DNA of 53,468 bases from Devosia sp. Its GTDB lineage: Bacteria > Pseudomonadota > Alphaproteobacteria > Rhizobiales > Devosiaceae. Within the stretch, counting starts at the first letter, position 1. The number at the start of each line of letters is the position of its first letter. Where the stretch lies: assembly GCA_036568845.1 (NCBI GenBank), contig DATCRS010000558.1, positions 1 through 53,468 on the forward strand. The letters are read 5' to 3'. The notes beneath the pieces are model-generated. The model was not told the origin of the DNA. It was given only the letters and a program-made list of their open reading frames with translations, and ran no database searches. Position numbers and translations under genes: made by a program. This document shows, piece after piece, positions 49,557-53,468 of the stretch.

Positions 49557-50711
49557 ATGAAGATCACGGGCGTCAGGCCATGGCTCGTCAAGGCCAGCAG
49601 CTCATATTGGGGCGAGTATCTCTTTGTGGAGGTCACGACTGACGAGGGCATTTCGGGCTGGGGCGAGATCACCTCGACCACCAAGATCGCCAACCGCGCG
49701 CTTTGCGCCATCCTGCGGCAGGTCAGCGGGCAGCTTGCCGGGGAAGATCCCAGCCAGATCGAGCGGCTCTGGCACAAACTCTTCCGCAGCTTCACCTATA
49801 TGGGCAGCCGGGGCGCCGCGTGCGAATGCGTGAGTGCCATCGACATCGCGCTCTGGGACATTCGCGGCAAGGTCCTCGGCCTGCCGGTCTATGAGCTGCT
49901 CGGTGGTGCGGTCCGCGACGAGATCTCGCTCTACACGCACCCCGACCAGAGCCGGTTTACGTCAAAGGAAGGCGTCATCGCCGAGATCGAGGACATCGTG
50001 AAGTCCGGGCATACGGCACTGAAATTCGACCCGTACCCCTATCAGGGCAAGGGTCAGCGCGAACGGCACGATGGTTACCTCGATGGCGCCATGTCTCGAC
50101 GAGACGAGCGCGAGGCCGCTGAACTTACCGCACTCATCCGCGAGACGGCCGGCCCCGACGTCGACATCCTCATCGATGCCCATGGACGTTTCGACGTCCC
50201 CACGGCGATCCGACTTTGCCGTAGCCTGGAGGAAGCCGGCGATATCGACTGGTTCGAGGAGCCGGTGCCGCCCGAGAGCTACCATGCGCTGGGCCAGGTC
50301 CGTGAAAAGGTCAGCGCGGCAATCTCGGTCGGCGAGCGCGCCCACACCAAATGGGACTTCGCCCCGATCCTGCAGAACAAGCTCGCCGACTACATCATGC
50401 CCGACGTCACCTGGACCGGCGGCATCACCGAAATGAAGAAGATCGCGACGCTGGCCGAGGCCTATTTCGTACCGATCTCCCCGCACGATGCCGGCGGCCC
50501 GATCAACATTCTGGCTGGAGCACACGTCATGATGACAGTGCCGAACTTCTACCGGCTCGAGACCTCGCGCTGGGACCTCAGCGGCTACAACGAGTTGATG
50601 CACACTCGGCTCGACAATTCGAACGGAGCGCTGAAGCTCCCGCGCACGCCGGGTCTCGGCATCGAGATGAATCGGGAATACCTCACGGAGAACGAGGTGG
50701 AACTGCTGTAG
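49557..50711 (+). CDS. Enolase-superfamily acid-sugar dehydratase (mandelate racemase subgroup, DgoD-like)
   Basis: SAIDIALWDIRGK, KFD, IDAHGRF, WFEEP, VGER, MPD, PHD. Confidence 0.88.
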   Translation: MKITGVRPWLVKASSSYWGEYLFVEVTTDEGISGWGEITSTTKIANRALCAILRQVSGQLAGEDPSQIERLWHKLFRSFTYMGSRGAACECVSAIDIALWDIRGKVLGLPVYELLGGAVRDEISLYTHPDQSRFTSKEGVIAEIEDIVKSGHTALKFDPYPYQGKGQRERHDGYLDGAMSRRDEREAAELTALIRETAGPDVDILIDAHGRFDVPTAIRLCRSLEEAGDIDWFEEPVPPESYHALGQVREKVSAAISVGERAHTKWDFAPILQNKLADYIMPDVTWTGGITEMKKIATLAEAYFVPISPHDAGGPINILAGAHVMMTVPNFYRLETSRWDLSGYNELMHTRLDNSNGALKLPRTPGLGIEMNREYLTENEVELL

Positions 50712-50742
50712 AGCCGCCGACACGCGGCAGAACGCGCAAGAC

Positions 50743-53388
50743 CTAGGCCGTAGCGGCTTCCGCTGCGGGACGATTGAGTTCCACGATCGTCCGGATTTCC
50801 GGCCGGCAGGAGCCGCAATTGGTGCCGGCCCGCAGTGCGCCGCCAATCGCCTCTACGGTGTGGCAACCGCTACGCGCTGCTTCGGCGATCTGGTTGGCGC
50901 CGACGCCGAAGCAGGCACAGACGATCGGGCCGGGATCGGGCCGGTCCGCTCCGGGACGCCCGGCGAGGATGTCGGCGCGGGCCCGCGACTCGATGGTCTC
51001 GGTGAGAAGCCCTGCAGCCCACTGCCGGGAAACCAACACGGGGTCGGGCGAGAGAAAGAGGGCGAAGGCAAGGCGGTCGCCGTCGAATGCTGCCAGGCTT
51101 TGCCGTCCCGTCGCCCGGTCGCGAACCGAGAGAACATGCAAGTTGGTGTCGATGCCAAATGCCGCGCTGGCCCAGCTTGTCCAATCGTTCGGCTCGGCAA
51201 AGAAGGCGAGTTCGGCACGCCAGCCGCCCTCGGCTTCAGCCAGCGCCCAATAGTCGACGCTCCCCAGGTCGGGCTTTTTGGCGCTGACGGCAAATCCGTA
51301 GCACTTGGCAAGCGCTGGTTCGGCCGCAACCATCGCCATCTTCAACGCCGGCTGGCCGGAGCGCGGATCGGTCTGTGACGTCACAAGCGCATCGATCCGG
51401 CCAGCAGCGGAGAATTGGCCGGTCCAGTGCATAGGCACGAACACGGCGCCACGCTGCTGTCGGTCCGTGACCAAGGCGCGGACGAGAGCGCTGCCGTGCC
51501 GGTTTTCCAGCCGCACCAGGCTAGCGTGCCGGATGCCCTTGCTGGCTGCGTCGTCGGGATGCAGCTCCGCGAACGGTTCGGCGAGATGTGCGGATAGCCG
51601 CGCGGCCTTCCCGGTCCGGGTCATCGTATGCCAGTGGTCCCGCACGCGACCCGTATTGAGCAGCAGCATGCCCGGAGGTGGGACCAGGGGCGGAGGGGGC
51701 GCGATCGGAGCAAACCGCGCGCGACTGTCGGCAGTAAAGAACCGGCCCTCGCCGAACATCCGCGGCGTGCCGGAGGGGCGAACCGGCCACTGCGCGGGAG
51801 CGAGAGCCTCGTAGTCGGCGCCGGTGAGCCCGGAGAGATCGAAGTCCCGAGCCCCATCATTCTCGAAGGCCGAGAGAGCCACATGCTCGGCGAAGATTTC
51901 GCCGGGGCTCTCATAGGGGAAGGCGTCGCCAAATCCCATACGCCGTGCCACCTGGGTGATAATCCACCAGTCGGGACGGGCCTCCCCCGGCAACGGGAGG
52001 AACGGCCGCTGGCGCGATATCCGTCGCTCCGAATTGGTGACGGTGCCGTTCTTCTCACCCCAACCGGCCGCCGGCAGGCGCACATCCGCCTCCACTGCGG
52101 TGTCGGTGGCGGCGTTCATGTCCGAGACAACGACAAACGGACAGGCACGGATCGCCTCCCGTACCTTGTCGGCCTCCGGCATCGAGTCCACGGGATTGGT
52201 GGCCATGATCCAGAGCGCTTTGATCCGCCCCTTCAGAACGGCTTCGAAGAGGTCCACTGCCTTGAGGCCCGGCTCTTGCGCCATCCGCCCCGAGCGCCAG
52301 AATCGGCCTACCCGATCGATGCTGGCCGGATCGAAATCCATATGGGCCGCCAGCATATTGGCGAGCCCGCCAACTTCGCGCCCACCCATGGCGTTGGGTT
52401 GGCCGGTGACGGAGAATGGTCCCATGCCAGGATGGCCGATCCGACCGGTCGCCAGGTGGCAGTTGATGATCGCGCTGACCTTGTCGGTGCCGGTCGCCGA
52501 CTGGTTCACGCCCTGCGAGTAGACTGTGACGACTCGGTTCGTTGCAGCGAACCAATCGTAGAATGTTCCAACGTCCTTCGGTTCGAGGCCGGCCGCCGCC
52601 GCAACCTCGTCCACGCTCCATCTCTGGGCTTCGGCAAGTGCTGCGCTAAACCCTTCGGTGTGCTCCTCAATGAAGCGCTGATCGAGCACGCTCCGCTCCG
52701 CGAGCGACTTCAGTAGCCCGACAAAGAGCGCTGTATCGCCATCGGCCCTGATCGCGAGATGGAGGTCAGCCTGATCTGCCGTCGCGGTCCGTCGTGGATC
52801 GACGAGAACGATGCGCATGCCTGGCCGCTTCGCCTTGGCACCGACGATGCGCTGATAGAGGACGGGGTGGCACCAGCCGAGGTTGGATCCGACGAGGACC
52901 ACCAGGTCGGCCAGCTCGAGGTCCTCATAGTTCCCCGGCACCGTGTCCGAGCCGAATGCCCGCTTGTGGCCGGCCACCGACGATGCCATGCACAGGCGTG
53001 AATTGGTGTCGATATTCGCCGCGCCGATGAACCCCTTCATCAGCTTGTTGGCGACGTAATAGTCCTCGGTGAGCAGCTGGCCGGAGCCGTAGATGGCGAC
53101 CGAGTCCGGGCCATGCCTGGCAATCGTCTCGCGAAAACTCGTGGCGACGAGGTCCAACGCCTCGTCCCAGCTGGTGCGCTTGCCGCGTATCTCCGGGTGC
53201 AGCAGCCGACCATCCAGCGAGAGCGTCTCGCCCAGAGCCGAGCCTTTCGAGCAGAGCCGCCCGAAATTGGCAGGGTGTTCGGGGTCCCCGGCGATCCCCA
53301 CCGATCCGTCGGGCCGTGGCGTGGCCAGCACTCCGCAGCCTACCCCGCAATATGGGCAGGTCGTGCGCACCGTGGCTGGGTTGGACAT
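50743..53388 (-). CDS. nasA: Assimilatory nitrate reductase catalytic subunit
   Basis: CPYCGVGCG..GRLCSKG Fe-S motif, IDTNSRLCMASS, GQPNAMGGRE, GTVTNSERRI, C-terminal BFD-like CAC..GTNCGSC. Confidence 0.93.
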   Translation of the reverse strand: MSNPATVRTTCPYCGVGCGVLATPRPDGSVGIAGDPEHPANFGRLCSKGSALGETLSLDGRLLHPEIRGKRTSWDEALDLVATSFRETIARHGPDSVAIYGSGQLLTEDYYVANKLMKGFIGAANIDTNSRLCMASSVAGHKRAFGSDTVPGNYEDLELADLVVLVGSNLGWCHPVLYQRIVGAKAKRPGMRIVLVDPRRTATADQADLHLAIRADGDTALFVGLLKSLAERSVLDQRFIEEHTEGFSAALAEAQRWSVDEVAAAAGLEPKDVGTFYDWFAATNRVVTVYSQGVNQSATGTDKVSAIINCHLATGRIGHPGMGPFSVTGQPNAMGGREVGGLANMLAAHMDFDPASIDRVGRFWRSGRMAQEPGLKAVDLFEAVLKGRIKALWIMATNPVDSMPEADKVREAIRACPFVVVSDMNAATDTAVEADVRLPAAGWGEKNGTVTNSERRISRQRPFLPLPGEARPDWWIITQVARRMGFGDAFPYESPGEIFAEHVALSAFENDGARDFDLSGLTGADYEALAPAQWPVRPSGTPRMFGEGRFFTADSRARFAPIAPPPPLVPPPGMLLLNTGRVRDHWHTMTRTGKAARLSAHLAEPFAELHPDDAASKGIRHASLVRLENRHGSALVRALVTDRQQRGAVFVPMHWTGQFSAAGRIDALVTSQTDPRSGQPALKMAMVAAEPALAKCYGFAVSAKKPDLGSVDYWALAEAEGGWRAELAFFAEPNDWTSWASAAFGIDTNLHVLSVRDRATGRQSLAAFDGDRLAFALFLSPDPVLVSRQWAAGLLTETIESRARADILAGRPGADRPDPGPIVCACFGVGANQIAEAARSGCHTVEAIGGALRAGTNCGSCRPEIRTIVELNRPAAEAATA

Positions 53389-53399
53389 CGTGGCTCCGC

Positions 53400-53468
53400 C
53401 TACTCCGCCGCCGCCAGCATGACCTCTGCGGCCATGAAGATACGGCCCTCGACCACTTCCACCGCGAA
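53400..53468 (-). CDS. nirD: 3' end of probable nitrite reductase small subunit (partial)
   Basis: FAVEVVEGRIFMAAEVMLAAAE-stop, a Rieske-type C-terminal strand immediately upstream of nasA. Confidence 0.6.
   Translation of the reverse strand, partial: FAVEVVEGRIFMAAEVMLAAAE

Overview
GC-rich alphaproteobacterial (Hyphomicrobiales-like) chromosomal DNA with four parts. (1) 0.1-20 kb is the cell-cycle/polar flagellum locus: ctrA, fliI-fliJ, flhA, flbD-fliN-fliH-fliG-fliF, sciP, flgD-fliK, mnmA. It has recognisable CtrA-like, GANTC, sigma54, IHF and FlbD (ftr) sites. Non-flagellar genes are interspersed: two genes with EcfG-type promoters, a GST, a PNPOx-like gene, and a DUF559 nuclease gene framed by three copies of a long palindromic repeat. 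(2) 20-25 kb holds an ECF sigma factor coupled to a membrane-anchored vWA/DUF3520 protein, a DUF418-type membrane protein and a stand-alone UdgX. (3) 25-36 kb is a complete microoxic module (hemerythrin-like gene, hemN, ccoNOQP, ccoGHIS, FnrN-like regulator) with five FNR/FixK boxes. (4) 36-53 kb holds two LacI-controlled sugar ABC/catabolic clusters (one ATPase gene frameshifted), nasA and the 3' end of nirD. Two observations stand out. First, the same bipartite ECF-like motif, CCCAAG-N17-CGTCTCA, lies both upstream of the sigma gene and inside the vWA gene just before an internal Shine-Dalgarno and in-frame ATG, suggesting one gene makes both an anti-sigma/sensor and a sigma-induced shorter effector. 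Second, the DUF559 endonuclease and palindromic repeats form a REP/RAYT-like cassette, with a related solo element elsewhere in the window. All calls come from reading the sequence and recognising protein motifs; no database searches were run.
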